DNA of 64,000 nt from a virus (Duplodnaviria > Heunggongvirae > Uroviricota > Caudoviricetes): IMG/VR virus record IMGVR_UViG_3300022562_000659, one strand, 5' to 3'. The notes below the pieces were generated by a model, which was not told the origin of the DNA, searched no databases, and saw only the letters and a list, made by a program, of their open reading frames with translations. Each line of letters begins with the position of its first letter. The stretch's first letter is position 1. Shown here piece after piece: positions 1 through 10,280 of the stretch. A program made the position numbers and the translations under genes.

Positions 1-2
1 AT

Positions 3-3000
3 CCTATAATTCTAGAGAAAGCCGATAATAAGGTATATTCTAAGGCACTTAGTTCTGCAAGTGAGGGAATTTCTTTCTCTTATCCTAAGAATGATACAAA
101 ATCATCCTATTTAAACCCATATGATGCTTCTTCTTATACAAGATTGTGGGAAGTATGGGATACCCGCACTAATAAAAGATTAAACTTCGGCCCAATCATA
201 AGCATAGCAGATGGAGCGGACGAGTATAAGGTAGAGGGAGCAGGGCGATCAGCATTCTTAAACGATTATTATTCTTCTATTAAAACTTTTTATGGAAGAA
301 TAGATTATATTGTAGAAGAAATGCGATATGAAAATGTAGCAGTGTCTCCTTCTACTTCAATCCTGGTTCATAATCAAGACGAAGATGATGCAGATATGAC
401 TTCAGTTTTTGGATCACTGTACTCAGTTTCTGAGGATAGGGATAAGTACTATAATCTTAGTAAACGATCCAAAGATTTTATAATCGATGAACAAACAGGA
501 TATATTCCTCTAGGAAAAATAGAGCCTCCTAGAACATTTTCTACAACTAGTGAGTACTGGACAGGAACAGGAGCATCTGATTCTGTTCTTATAGACTTCG
601 GTGCAGAGTACGATATTTCTAGAATTAAATTGATGTTCCCATGGTGGGGAGGACCGCAGAGAGCAAGTAATCGTACTTACGATTTTAAAATGGCTGGATA
701 TTTAGAAGGGTCTACCTATAATGTATGGGATAGAAATTTAGGGAATTATACAGAATTAGTAGACTCCACTTTATTACTTGGTGGAGATAGTAGAATTGTA
801 ACAACTCCTGATAGACCATACGAATTCTATGTTGGTACAACTGCCAGTGGCCTTGGCACACAAATCAATAGTTTTAATCTTTTAGGTGGGCATGAGGGTC
901 CACTAAGAATGCGTTATCTACTGACCTATATCTCAGATGTACACGCATGGTATGGAACAGATAATGATGCCAAAGCCTCGCATGAGGGATATGCATTTCA
1001 ATGTGATCCCACATATCGTCCAGGGGACGATTCTTATTTTGGAAATCGAATAGGTCAGATGACATATAAGAAAAAAAATGGTACTATTGTTGAAAAAGAA
1101 ATACCAGATGAGGTTATTAAACCAGCAAATGATTGCCATGCTAGTATCGTTGAGTTGGGAGCCTACCAAGAAATTATTCCAAAGGATACAATTAAGCCAT
1201 TAGCAATACAAAGAATTGATAACAATAATATGCAAATTTCCTATAGTCATACTCCACGTACTTCCGAAATGACGAAGATTACTGTGGATGGAAAGTATTA
1301 TAGGAAATTTGAGCCAGGAACGTTATTCAGAAAGTTTAAAGTTTCTTGGTCTGGAGCAACCAATACTTATTATAAATTCTATAAAAAAGACTGCTCTCAA
1401 TGTTATCCTGATGGATTTAGTTTTGGTATTGTAGATGATGATAATACCTTAATTTTATCATCAGATGATACTAGTTATACTGATCGTAATGTAACTGGTA
1501 AACAATATACCAAGCATATACGAACACGCGGCGCACAAGATGCTGAAGTAACTTGGGTAGATGCATGGTGGGGTAAAACTGATCCCATGTCTTGGGGAGG
1601 ATCGTACTCTTGGACTAATCTACTGGATGATTATTTTGTTTTAAGTTTCCGTGGAGAGTCCTTAAAATGGTATTCTACAATACCAGATAATGTGAGTGCT
1701 GCTGCTGTTAAAATCGAGCTTCGATACAAGATAGACGGATCACGAAAGGGAGCGGCCAACGTAACTGCGGACTATTGGAGTGCTTGGACAACTCTTGAAG
1801 CATCTTATCAACTACCAACTAATATTTCTAGTGATGTAGTGTATGAAATTCCTTACAAGTCAGGCATACTACAGCCCGAAACTAGTTATGAGTTAAAAGT
1901 AACTCTTCTTACTGATGGGTATTGTTCGGTAGATTCTTTTGAAGGTTACTGGTCAGCCTCATTTACTGAGTATAATGAGGATAGTTCACGAATTGTTCTC
2001 AGCCAGCCAGATGCTTTTAAGCAAATTTATAACAAGAAATTTACTGGCGGCTCTATGTACAAGTGGAATAAGAAAGGTGCATCAGCTTCTTTCCAGTTTG
2101 AGGGAGATCGTATTATCATACAATCAGCAAAGGGAAGACAGCATGGAAAAGTAACTCTAATTCTTCTTACCTACGAAGAGGGAGTTAACGAATATGATCC
2201 CGGTACTGATAACCATGTCTTTATCCCTGTTTCTAAGGGAGGCGATCCTTCTGATGGAAGCCTGACCGTTAATCTAAGTACTGGAAAGCGTGGACAAGAG
2301 ATACCAAACTTCATTATCTTTGATAGTAAAGATATCTTTAATGATATTGGTGGACTTCCTTGGGGCAAGTATATGATGAAGGTTATTTATACACCAGCCG
2401 AAAAATATACTGCTAGTATTAATGAAACGGGGTCAAGTAGTTTTCAGTATAGATGTAAAAACTGCAACCCTAAAACAAGTTCAAAGACAGCATCAATTTA
2501 TAGATATGTATACTTAGATGCTATCGGGGCACATGAACGTATTGGGGTATCTGTTAATTTTGAACAGAAGTCCCATCTTGAGATAGTAAAATCTCTGGCT
2601 GAGGCCATCCAAGTAGAGTGGGATGCAGCCGAGTCTGGATTAATATTTGAACCTAGACTTGGTAGTGAAACAGATGTTGCCTTACGGGAAGGGGAAAATA
2701 CTTTAGTCTCCTATCAGATTACAAATGATTTAACCAAAGTAGCCACACGATTACTTGCTTATGGCTCTGCAATTGATGGGCTTGATCTGTTTGCAATTAC
2801 GGAGGATAAGAAAACAAGAGAAGCCTTTGGAAGAACTATTACTAGACAAAATGATTTCAGAGATATTGCAAATTATATGCAATTAATTGGACTGTCTAGA
2901 ATGGAATTAAGAAGACGTAACAGACCAGAGCGAAGAATAAATATATCGCACACTGGAGAAAATCTAAATCTTGAACGTGGGGACTCCTTTAATCTGTGGA

Positions 3001-3113
3001 CTAAAAAGTCAGGAAATATTCGATTAAGAATAGAAAATATTATAAGAAATGAGTCTTCCTCTTCAGGTACATCATTTGATATGGAGTGTATAGAATGGCC
3101 TCAGATAATCTAA
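3..3113 (+). CDS. large phage structural protein, probable tail fibre/tail spike (5'-partial)
   Basis: Track ORF 144..3113 begins on TTG. The same frame has no stop back to nt 3, so the gene probably starts upstream of the window. It is at least 989 aa and sits immediately upstream of the fibre-like paralogs and lysis cassette. Confidence 0.5.
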   Translation, partial: PIILEKADNKVYSKALSSASEGISFSYPKNDTKSSYLNPYDASSYTRLWEVWDTRTNKRLNFGPIISIADGADEYKVEGAGRSAFLNDYYSSIKTFYGRIDYIVEEMRYENVAVSPSTSILVHNQDEDDADMTSVFGSLYSVSEDRDKYYNLSKRSKDFIIDEQTGYIPLGKIEPPRTFSTTSEYWTGTGASDSVLIDFGAEYDISRIKLMFPWWGGPQRASNRTYDFKMAGYLEGSTYNVWDRNLGNYTELVDSTLLLGGDSRIVTTPDRPYEFYVGTTASGLGTQINSFNLLGGHEGPLRMRYLLTYISDVHAWYGTDNDAKASHEGYAFQCDPTYRPGDDSYFGNRIGQMTYKKKNGTIVEKEIPDEVIKPANDCHASIVELGAYQEIIPKDTIKPLAIQRIDNNNMQISYSHTPRTSEMTKITVDGKYYRKFEPGTLFRKFKVSWSGATNTYYKFYKKDCSQCYPDGFSFGIVDDDNTLILSSDDTSYTDRNVTGKQYTKHIRTRGAQDAEVTWVDAWWGKTDPMSWGGSYSWTNLLDDYFVLSFRGESLKWYSTIPDNVSAAAVKIELRYKIDGSRKGAANVTADYWSAWTTLEASYQLPTNISSDVVYEIPYKSGILQPETSYELKVTLLTDGYCSVDSFEGYWSASFTEYNEDSSRIVLSQPDAFKQIYNKKFTGGSMYKWNKKGASASFQFEGDRIIIQSAKGRQHGKVTLILLTYEEGVNEYDPGTDNHVFIPVSKGGDPSDGSLTVNLSTGKRGQEIPNFIIFDSKDIFNDIGGLPWGKYMMKVIYTPAEKYTASINETGSSSFQYRCKNCNPKTSSKTASIYRYVYLDAIGAHERIGVSVNFEQKSHLEIVKSLAEAIQVEWDAAESGLIFEPRLGSETDVALREGENTLVSYQITNDLTKVATRLLAYGSAIDGLDLFAITEDKKTREAFGRTITRQNDFRDIANYMQLIGLSRMELRRRNRPERRINISHTGENLNLERGDSFNLWTKKSGNIRLRIENIIRNESSSSGTSFDMECIEWPQII

Positions 3114-4102
3114 ATGAAGTAGGAAAATATATTAAAAAAACTAGAACAAATGCAGATTATGCTATTAAGAAGATGCGACCGCATCGTCCCACGGTTGAAA
3201 GAACAAGGGATATATTTGATGTGGATATTCCTTTTGAAATGCAATTTGATGTTAAACCAAACCAAAAAAGCGTTTCTCTAGATTTAGAATTTAATAAACC
3301 TCCACCGTTAAGTAATTGTTTTACTGATGTAGACTGTCCTAGAACAACTTGTGAAACATTCACATTATCTAGTGGTGAGCATGAAATAACATTACAATAT
3401 GGAATTCATCCTATTAATGAATTATTTCAAATCTATGTGAACGGGGAAGCATGGCCTGAAACCCAGTATACTAGATTAACTAGCGGAGATTTAGATGATC
3501 CCGCTGTTATTCTAGTTACCAATTTACCATTTACATTAAACACAGTAGTAATATGTTATACGATATATTGCCTTGGAGAATTGTATACTGGACAAGCCTT
3601 TGGAGCCTTACTTAGAGCTGGTGGGACAGGTTGGGAGTATAACGGTAATCAGCCTCCCGCTGGTTGGTACGGAGAGCCCCCTATAGGGCCGATTCATTAT
3701 GAGGATACTTCTATTGTTATTGAACAATCTATGTTTATACGAATAGAGGCAAGAGGAAATTATGCGCTTGTTCCCGGTAGTGTGAATGCTGTGTTGAATT
3801 GGGCCGTTATTCCTTATCAAGAGGGGGCTTTGTATTTTCCCGCTGGTCTTTACTACACTTCAAATTCGGGTGTTGTTCTTATGGATATTACTACATATGC
3901 TCCAGCAGGAACAAGAATAACGGGCGCTCTTTGGGAAACTTCTCCCCCACCAGCAGGAGGATGGGGTGCCGCAGGATGGAGTGTAAATACCAGTTGGATC
4001 AGGGTAGGAAGACTGCGAACCCACTTCCCTGAAGGCTATCTTGAAGGATTATATGGCTATTGGGATGGGGCAGACGCATGTACACAAGGCGATTGTCCAT
4101 AA
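3086..4102 (+). CDS. tail fibre / receptor-binding-like protein (paralog A)
   Basis: 338 aa. The N-terminal segment (TVERTRDIFDVDIPFEMQFDVKPNQKSVSLDLEFNKPPP) is clearly related to the N-terminus of the next gene. The C-terminus is divergent and Gly/Trp-rich. Confidence 0.5.
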   Translation: MYRMASDNLNEVGKYIKKTRTNADYAIKKMRPHRPTVERTRDIFDVDIPFEMQFDVKPNQKSVSLDLEFNKPPPLSNCFTDVDCPRTTCETFTLSSGEHEITLQYGIHPINELFQIYVNGEAWPETQYTRLTSGDLDDPAVILVTNLPFTLNTVVICYTIYCLGELYTGQAFGALLRAGGTGWEYNGNQPPAGWYGEPPIGPIHYEDTSIVIEQSMFIRIEARGNYALVPGSVNAVLNWAVIPYQEGALYFPAGLYYTSNSGVVLMDITTYAPAGTRITGALWETSPPPAGGWGAAGWSVNTSWIRVGRLRTHFPEGYLEGLYGYWDGADACTQGDCP

Positions 4103-4119
4103 GTGCTGGGGTAAGTTAA

Positions 4120-4659
4120 ATGGATAAAGTAAATCAATTTGGAAAAGACCTTAATAAAATTGCTAAAGAAACTAGGAGAGCCTTAGATAAGCAATCTGCC
4201 GAAATTCCAACTACTGAAACAGTACGTGATATATTTGATTCTATTGTAGGATATCGTGCGCATTTTAAAGTACCTAGAAAGGGTATGAGTGTTTCAGTTA
4301 ATCTACAATTTGAGTTGCCCCCTCCAATAATTGGGGCGGGTGCTTGTTGTGGAGACTGTTTCTGTACAGCCTGTGATACATATACTGCCGAAACTCTTAC
4401 AGATTATGCTGCTGTAAATACTGATTATCCTTATTTATCAGGCACCTTACGAGTTTTTGATTCTACTAAATATGATGCTAATGTAATTGAACTTGATAGC
4501 ACTACAGGACTTTTCTCGTTAGGCTATTTACCGGATACTGTAACTAATAATACTATTTATATTTGTTATATATACAAATATGATAGTAATTGTACCACAA
4601 ATCCAACCATACCAACAGAGGTTCCTAATTACGCTCAGGTTATGGCGCAGATTATATAA
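4120..4659 (+). CDS. tail fibre / receptor-binding-like protein (paralog B)
   Basis: 179 aa. The N-terminus (TVRDIFDSIVGYRAHFKVPRKGMSVSVNLQFELPPP) is paralogous to 3086..4102. The C-terminus is different and Cys-rich. An AAGT..GG RBS precedes it. Confidence 0.5.
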   Translation: MDKVNQFGKDLNKIAKETRRALDKQSAEIPTTETVRDIFDSIVGYRAHFKVPRKGMSVSVNLQFELPPPIIGAGACCGDCFCTACDTYTAETLTDYAAVNTDYPYLSGTLRVFDSTKYDANVIELDSTTGLFSLGYLPDTVTNNTIYICYIYKYDSNCTTNPTIPTEVPNYAQVMAQII

Positions 4660-4672
4660 AGGAGGTTAGACC

Positions 4673-4888
4673 ATGGCAGTTTATCCTACAGGAATACGTA
4701 TTCTTGTTGATGATGAAGATATAACATATTGGATATTCGGATCAGAAACTATTGAAATTAATGATCTTGAATATCGTTTTGAAAGTATTGATCTATCCCC
4801 CTTCTGTGCTGAACCGGGGGAACATAAATTAGAAATTACCTGTGAAGAAGGTGTTGGAAGAGTTGAAGCGAGGATAGAAATACAATGA
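4673..4888 (+). CDS. hypothetical protein
   Basis: 71 aa ORF with a GGAGG RBS 8 nt upstream. It is tightly packed between structural genes. Confidence 0.4.
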   Translation: MAVYPTGIRILVDDEDITYWIFGSETIEINDLEYRFESIDLSPFCAEPGEHKLEITCEEGVGRVEARIEIQ

Positions 4889-5181
4889 GTGATGCATACG
4901 TTTTATTCACTTCTGAGGCCGAGAAGGCAAGACAGGCATATATGCAGGGGCGCAGGGAAGCCAAGCCCCAAAGAAAGCCACAATGGGAATTATTGAACAC
5001 TACTAGCCTAGCACAAGCGGTGCATTTTGCTAGGGATAATGGGTGGAAGGATAAGAAAGTCCAAGTAAAAGCATACAGGATTAATGATGTGGAGTTTGAG
5101 TATATGGTTGAGCCATTTGAGAAGGACTGTAAGTGCCCGAACCTCCTTCATTACGAAGATTACTTTGATACGGGGGCATAG
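4885..5181 (+). CDS. hypothetical protein
   Basis: 98 aa ORF with an ATGA overlap to the previous gene. Confidence 0.4.
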   Translation: MSDAYVLFTSEAEKARQAYMQGRREAKPQRKPQWELLNTTSLAQAVHFARDNGWKDKKVQVKAYRINDVEFEYMVEPFEKDCKCPNLLHYEDYFDTGA

Positions 5182-5212
5182 TGCCCAACAAGGATAGTTA
5201 AGGAGAAGGACA

Positions 5213-6412
5213 TTGAAACTATTGTTTTCGGGGGATTCACCCACAGTCAACACAGGTTTTGGCATCGTTGCCAAGAACCTATTGAATAGATTTGTCAAGA
5301 AGGGATACCAGATATCAGTCTTAGGCGTCAACCATTATGGAGAACCCTATGATCAGAGGGAATTCCCATATCCTATTTATCCATGTGATAAAGGGTCGCA
5401 TCCGGAGCAAGTGTTTGGCTATCGAAAGTTGTGGGATATAGCCAATAAATTTCAACCAGATGTACTATTCTTCTTGAATGATCCCTGGATTATTGATAAG
5501 TATATAGAATACAAGTCAGTTGAAAGCCCATATTTAAAAACGATAGGATACTTTCCAATAGATTCTGGCCCATTAAAGCCGGGTTGGGCAAAAACTCTAG
5601 GAGAATTAGACGCACAAGTCTGTTACTCAGACTTCGGTGAGCGGATAGTCATTGAGGCTAATGGAGGAAAACGCCCAAGCAATTTGTACCAACTGTATCA
5701 TGGTGTGGATAAGAAGACTTTCTTTCCTGTGAACCAGCAGATGGCTAGAAATCGCTTGAACATTCCCTTGGATGCATTTGTCGTGGGCATGGTGGCTCGC
5801 AATCAGTATCGTAAGAGATTTGATATCCTTGTAGCAGCCTTTGCTGAATTTGCCAAGGATAAGCCTGATGCAAAACTCTATTTGCATACTGCATTAGAGG
5901 ATATCGGGTATGATATTCCGGATCTTATACACCAGTATGATTTAGGGGATAAACTTATTCTTACAGAAGGACTGACCCCAGCTAGTGGCGTGCCCGATGA
6001 ATTCCTAAACTATATCTATAATTCATTTGATGTAAATGTTCTTGTGTCTTTGGGCGATGGATTTGGATTGCCTGTAGCAGAAAGCATGGCTACCGGGTGC
6101 CCGCAGTTGACAAGCAATCATTCCTGCCTTAAGGAATTGGTGGAAGGTCATGGAGGTTTGACTGTAGATACGTCCGCGTGGATTCTAAACACAAGTGGTA
6201 TCAATACATGGGGTGGGGTTCCAAGCGTGGATGACCTTGTGACCAAACTAAATCTATTGTACAACAGCAGAGAACTTAGGATCAAACTCGCAGAAGATGG
6301 ATATCGATATATTAATCAGCCAAAATTTGATTGGGATACGATAGCGGATGGATTTGATAGCATCATCAAGGAAAGCCTCCACATTCTGCCGGTCAGGAAA
6401 GAGGCTGCATAA
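5213..6412 (+). CDS. glycosyltransferase family 1 (GT4-like)
   Basis: TTG start after an AGGAGAAGGA RBS. The N-terminus KLLFSGDSPTVNTGFGIV is typical of GT-B glycosyltransferases. The C-terminal motif GFGLPVAESMATGCP is an E-x7-E type motif. Confidence 0.75.
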   Translation: MKLLFSGDSPTVNTGFGIVAKNLLNRFVKKGYQISVLGVNHYGEPYDQREFPYPIYPCDKGSHPEQVFGYRKLWDIANKFQPDVLFFLNDPWIIDKYIEYKSVESPYLKTIGYFPIDSGPLKPGWAKTLGELDAQVCYSDFGERIVIEANGGKRPSNLYQLYHGVDKKTFFPVNQQMARNRLNIPLDAFVVGMVARNQYRKRFDILVAAFAEFAKDKPDAKLYLHTALEDIGYDIPDLIHQYDLGDKLILTEGLTPASGVPDEFLNYIYNSFDVNVLVSLGDGFGLPVAESMATGCPQLTSNHSCLKELVEGHGGLTVDTSAWILNTSGINTWGGVPSVDDLVTKLNLLYNSRELRIKLAEDGYRYINQPKFDWDTIADGFDSIIKESLHILPVRKEAA

Positions 6413-6414
6413 AT

Positions 6415-7221
6415 ATGTACAAAATAACATTTAAAGAATCACCTAATAGGTGGACAAACAGGAGTGGATATGCACCTATTGCCGTTGTTAACCACCGTAT
6501 GGTGGGATACCTCGCCGGAACAGATGCCACTTTTGCCAACCCTGCTAATGATGTGTCTTCTCATTTTGGTATTGGTTACAGATCAGGAAAAGTAGAGATA
6601 TCTCAATATGTTGATCTGTCTGATACTGCATGGGGCAATGGAAATTATGATGCCTCTGGTGGATGGACTCTGACTAAAAAGGCAGCAGATGGATCAGTAA
6701 TAAATCCAAATTATTACACTGTGAGTATCGAGCATGAGGATGGTGGCCCCAATGACGGGGTAGTGACCCAAGCAGTTAAGGATGCCTCTGCTTGGTTGCA
6801 GACTATTCTACTGACTGGTGATGCTGATTTGATGCGATACGTGGGGATTCACATACGCTCTAATACAACAGCAACACAGTTGGGAAAGATCGTGCCTGGA
6901 AAAGAAACACTGATTGATCACAATAGAATATCAGGTACAAAGAAACCATATTGCTGGCGTCCTTACAAGTTGGACACAGGTGGATTTCCAGCATGGCAAC
7001 CGGAATTAATAAATATTATAAGGGGAAGCGAAATGGCTATACAGGACACTCTAGCCTTGTTAGAGCAGCAAATTGCTGAATTGCAGACGCAAAGGGACAC
7101 AGCTGTGGCTGCACAAGAGATAGCAGAAGGCAAATTAACTACTGCGAAAACAAAAGCTCAAGAAATCTCAACCTTAGCAGACTTAATTACTGTTAAGACA
7201 GATGAAATTATAGCACTGTAA
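6415..7221 (+). CDS. N-acetylmuramoyl-L-alanine amidase (Amidase_2/PGRP-type) endolysin with C-terminal coiled coil
   Basis: Amidase_2-like motifs are present (AVVNHRMVG, SSHFGIG, zinc-ligand His/Cys pattern). The C-terminal 60 aa is heptad-like (QQIAELQTQRDTAVAAQEIAEGKL). It sits in a lysis-cassette position. Confidence 0.65.
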   Translation: MYKITFKESPNRWTNRSGYAPIAVVNHRMVGYLAGTDATFANPANDVSSHFGIGYRSGKVEISQYVDLSDTAWGNGNYDASGGWTLTKKAADGSVINPNYYTVSIEHEDGGPNDGVVTQAVKDASAWLQTILLTGDADLMRYVGIHIRSNTTATQLGKIVPGKETLIDHNRISGTKKPYCWRPYKLDTGGFPAWQPELINIIRGSEMAIQDTLALLEQQIAELQTQRDTAVAAQEIAEGKLTTAKTKAQEISTLADLITVKTDEIIAL

Positions 7222-7236
7222 AGGGGGTGATCTCAG

Positions 7237-7887
7237 GTGGCATTACCACACTCAACAAATATATTTAAATATCCGGCACGTTTCCAGTTTGGACAACGTA
7301 ATGCACCGTGCGGTGGACAGTCTTGTTGTACTGATACGTGTATTCAAATGATTGTAAATTTCTATAAGGAAATTAATCCAAGTCTTGCTGAAATCAGACG
7401 TAAGGCACAAGCCAAAACAAGTTTTGATGAGCGTCCATGCACAGGTATTAATCATATTGAAACTCTGAATGCTCTCAAAGCATATGGCATCACTCATTAC
7501 AGGGCTGGTTTTGGTGTTAACGCTGGTGACTTGTGGAGGTATCTCAATATTGGTCCGGTACTCGTAGGAGTGCACTACGGATCATATCCTACCAAAATTG
7601 GCAGATGTAATAAAAATAATGCTGAGGTATGGGGCAAGACAGATTGCAGATTCAATGGATCGCATGCCGTTCTTGCTATAGGAAAGAGATATCATGGTAC
7701 GGGTTTGCAAAAGCACAGGGACGTATTCGTTCGTGACCCTGATCACAACTCTCCTGCTAGACCAGAGAAGCCGGAATATGATCGTATGAGACTTTCTCAA
7801 TTCTATACTGCGATGAAAAATCTTCCAAAGTATACAGCATTCCGAACAACATATATTCTGTATCCTACACAGAAGAAATCCTTATAG
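7237..7887 (+). CDS. putative second cell-wall hydrolase (Cys/His peptidase-like)
   Basis: GTG start after an AAAGGGGGTGA RBS. The N-terminal CGGQSCCTDTC region and downstream His residues suggest a papain-fold peptidase. The call rests on position next to the amidase and holin. Confidence 0.35.
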   Translation: MALPHSTNIFKYPARFQFGQRNAPCGGQSCCTDTCIQMIVNFYKEINPSLAEIRRKAQAKTSFDERPCTGINHIETLNALKAYGITHYRAGFGVNAGDLWRYLNIGPVLVGVHYGSYPTKIGRCNKNNAEVWGKTDCRFNGSHAVLAIGKRYHGTGLQKHRDVFVRDPDHNSPARPEKPEYDRMRLSQFYTAMKNLPKYTAFRTTYILYPTQKKSL

Positions 7888-7902
7888 AAAGGAGGTTATC
7901 AG

Positions 7903-8205
7903 ATGAATATATCTCTATTTGGCTGGTTGGATAATCTACCATGGTGGCGTGATCTTTCGTATCCCGCCAAGGGAGCCTTGTTGCGTGCCTTTAAAGCAGC
8001 GCTATCACTTATCGTTGCTACATTATTATCATTACTTGCTGCTGGATTACTATTTCCAGAATCCTGGAATGCAACGTTTGTATTTATTGCAACGACTGTA
8101 TTAACCTCTGTTCTCCAGGGCCTTGATAAATTCTTGCGTGAAGCAAAAGAGAGTGCTGAGGCGAACGCGGACCCTATTCCTATGGATTCTCCGGAGCCTG
8201 AGTAA
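7903..8205 (+). CDS. holin-like membrane protein
   Basis: 100 aa with two hydrophobic helices (LSLIVATLLSLLAAGLLF and FVFIATTVLTSVLQGL) and a charged C-terminus. It is the last gene of the late block and is preceded by a GGAGG RBS. Confidence 0.45.
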   Translation: MNISLFGWLDNLPWWRDLSYPAKGALLRAFKAALSLIVATLLSLLAAGLLFPESWNATFVFIATTVLTSVLQGLDKFLREAKESAEANADPIPMDSPEPE

Positions 8206-8223
8206 GATTTTAGTATTGACTGA

Positions 8224-8270
8224 GGGGAGATTGGTTGCGAAACTAGTCTCCCTTCTTTTTTTATTTGGCT
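8224..8270 (+). terminator. rho-independent terminator
   Basis: GGGAGA...TCTCCC stem followed by TTCTTTTTTTATTT, directly after the holin-like gene. Confidence 0.6.
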
Positions 8271-8322
8271 TGAACTTAGGACGCCCCATGTGTTACCCTG
8301 TTTGTAATTTATAAAGAGAGGG

Positions 8323-8346
8323 GAGCTGAATAGCTCTGTTCAGCTC
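8323..8346. promoter_or_regulatory. perfect 8-bp inverted repeat (GAGCTGAA-N8-TTCAGCTC) in intermodule region
   Basis: Read directly. It lies in the 290-bp non-coding gap between the lysis and replication modules. It may be an operator or RNA hairpin. Confidence 0.3.
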
Positions 8347-8493
8347 TGATTCATAGCACAGAATAGGAGGTTCGCTAGATAGAAACTATTAAATTTCGGG
8401 GTTGAGGCCGTAGGTGCCGATCAGATATAGTCAAGTTGTGCGAAGACGGGCACAGGGTCCGTCAGCACCAGTAGAGACAGGAGTTGTCCAGAT

Positions 8494-9261
8494 ATGCCGT
8501 TCGTAGAAGTACATGATTATTCCACTACACGCAAGCGAACAAGTGATTCATACGTAAAGTTTACGCCAGAACATCGCACTGTTCTTCGTATGCTGGAAGA
8601 CCACCCATTGCTCGTATGGAAGCATTGGGTTCCCGAGGCTAACAATGGCCGGGGAATGATGGCAAACTGCCCTAATACTCAACCGGGTATGAAGGTTTGT
8701 CCAATTGAAAAGAGCCTTGTGGGTCGTGAGAAGGATGATCCCGAGGTATTACAGCGCAAGGCGAAGAAGAGATTCATTATCAATGTTCTAGACCGCACCC
8801 CGTTTGGTGCGTGCCCTTCTTGTTCTGCTCAGACGCCCAAGGGAAAGGCGTGTCAGGCTTGCGGAGCCAAGTTGCCCGCAAATCTTGAATACGCACCACT
8901 CAATAAGGTGAAGATTCTAGAGCAGGGTCCGCAGTTGTTCCAGAATGGTTTGAACGCTGTCGAGACAATGCAGAAGGAAGACTTCCCATCCGCAGATATT
9001 GTCGATTACGATATCGTGTTCACCACAACTGGTACAGGTCGTGATCGAAAGATTGCTCCGGTTCCACAGCAGCCTACGCTTGATGCTGATGGAAATGTTG
9101 TTCCCACTCCAGATGAATGGTTGATTGATCCCGAAACGGGTGATCCTCAACGCAAGTTTGATTTGTCTCTGTTGGCGGAACCGTCCTCTGTTGAAGAGAT
9201 TGAGGCAATGCTTTCAGGCGCTACCATTGATGAGTTGAATGCTATTCGTGGTGTCGCGTAA
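8494..9261 (+). CDS. putative ssDNA-binding protein with zinc ribbon (gp32-like?)
   Basis: It is the first gene of the replication module. It has a CxxC...CxxC ribbon (CPSCSAQTPKGKACQACG) and an acidic C-terminal tail. The assignment is tentative. Confidence 0.3.
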   Translation: MPFVEVHDYSTTRKRTSDSYVKFTPEHRTVLRMLEDHPLLVWKHWVPEANNGRGMMANCPNTQPGMKVCPIEKSLVGREKDDPEVLQRKAKKRFIINVLDRTPFGACPSCSAQTPKGKACQACGAKLPANLEYAPLNKVKILEQGPQLFQNGLNAVETMQKEDFPSADIVDYDIVFTTTGTGRDRKIAPVPQQPTLDADGNVVPTPDEWLIDPETGDPQRKFDLSLLAEPSSVEEIEAMLSGATIDELNAIRGVA

Positions 9262-9271
9262 GGGGTAGCCC

Positions 9272-9646
9272 ATGTTCTCAGAAGAGGATGCTAAATCTCT
9301 TTCTGAGTGGCGGGTTGAATTGAAGAGAAACGGAAGGACTCATTGGTTGAGATTTTATTCAGCCATGATGGGTTCTTCCGTTTCATCTGCTCCTAGATTC
9401 TACAAGGCACTCAAATTGTATGGTGAGTGGCCCATGTTTGAAGCAATAGTCGCCTCGTCTTCCGCCACCCTCAATGGTGACCCTCTCAATTATGTGTTGA
9501 AGGTATGTTCTGCCAAGTGGAAGGAAATGCAGACAGATGCAGATGAAGAGGATGAATACCTTGCTGAGATCGAGAGAATCAAAGATGCCAGCCACAAGAG
9601 AAATGAAGAGTTGGCTGCTAAATTGAAGAAGGTGCAGGATGGATAG
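9272..9646 (+). CDS. hypothetical protein
   Basis: 124 aa ORF with a GGGGTAGCC RBS-like sequence. Confidence 0.4.
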   Translation: MFSEEDAKSLSEWRVELKRNGRTHWLRFYSAMMGSSVSSAPRFYKALKLYGEWPMFEAIVASSSATLNGDPLNYVLKVCSAKWKEMQTDADEEDEYLAEIERIKDASHKRNEELAAKLKKVQDG

Positions 9647-10280
9647 TGCTATCCACTCCCTCACCGTATCACGCATACCTGCTAAAACCGGAATTGAATT
9701 TATACGTAAACATCATTATTCCCACGGATGCCACAACGGTCCCTTATGTTGGGGGTTGTTTGATGGGGAAACTCTCGTTGGTGCGTTAGCCATTGCCACT
9801 CCATGTAGTGAGAATGTCAGGGCTAGCGTTTTTGGTGTTGAATACAAACAGCATGTGACTGAGTTACATAGATTGGTAGTGTTGGATGGATACGGGAAAA
9901 ATACCGAATCTTATTTTATATCGAAAGTTTTACGAGACTTATACAAGCAGAGGCCCGACCTTTGGGCCGTCCTCTCTTTTGCGGATGCAACTGAGGGACA
10001 CGTCGGAACAATCTATCAGGCTACTAATGCAATATATACAGGACGTACTCAACGAGCATGGTTCTATCTTGATGGAGATCGTCTTAGGCATCCCCGACAA
10101 AACGGAATCAATATCTCCGCCGACGATGCCCGAAAAAGAGGATGGAGTCGTGTTAGAAGAGAGGGCAAGTATCGATACCTATTCCTCCTTCCTACAGCAA
10201 AGACAGAACGTAGACGGGTCCGGAGACTAGTTATTATGCCATCACTTCCCTATCCAAAGAAGGAGAGTTTGGGTGAGTAG
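9639..10280 (+). CDS. hypothetical protein (possible DNA-modification accessory, overlaps MTase start)
   Basis: 213 aa, translationally coupled (overlapping) with the downstream N6/N4 methyltransferase. HHYSHG and GTIYQATN motifs are present. Confidence 0.4.
   Translation: MDSAIHSLTVSRIPAKTGIEFIRKHHYSHGCHNGPLCWGLFDGETLVGALAIATPCSENVRASVFGVEYKQHVTELHRLVVLDGYGKNTESYFISKVLRDLYKQRPDLWAVLSFADATEGHVGTIYQATNAIYTGRTQRAWFYLDGDRLRHPRQNGINISADDARKRGWSRVRREGKYRYLFLLPTAKTERRRVRRLVIMPSLPYPKKESLGE

Noticed and set aside
874-2368. Short minus/plus ORFs inside the 989-aa structural gene (874..1065, 933..1169, 1939..2154, 2171..2368)
   Set aside because: They are embedded in alternative frames of a long, well-behaved gene. 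No RBS was seen.
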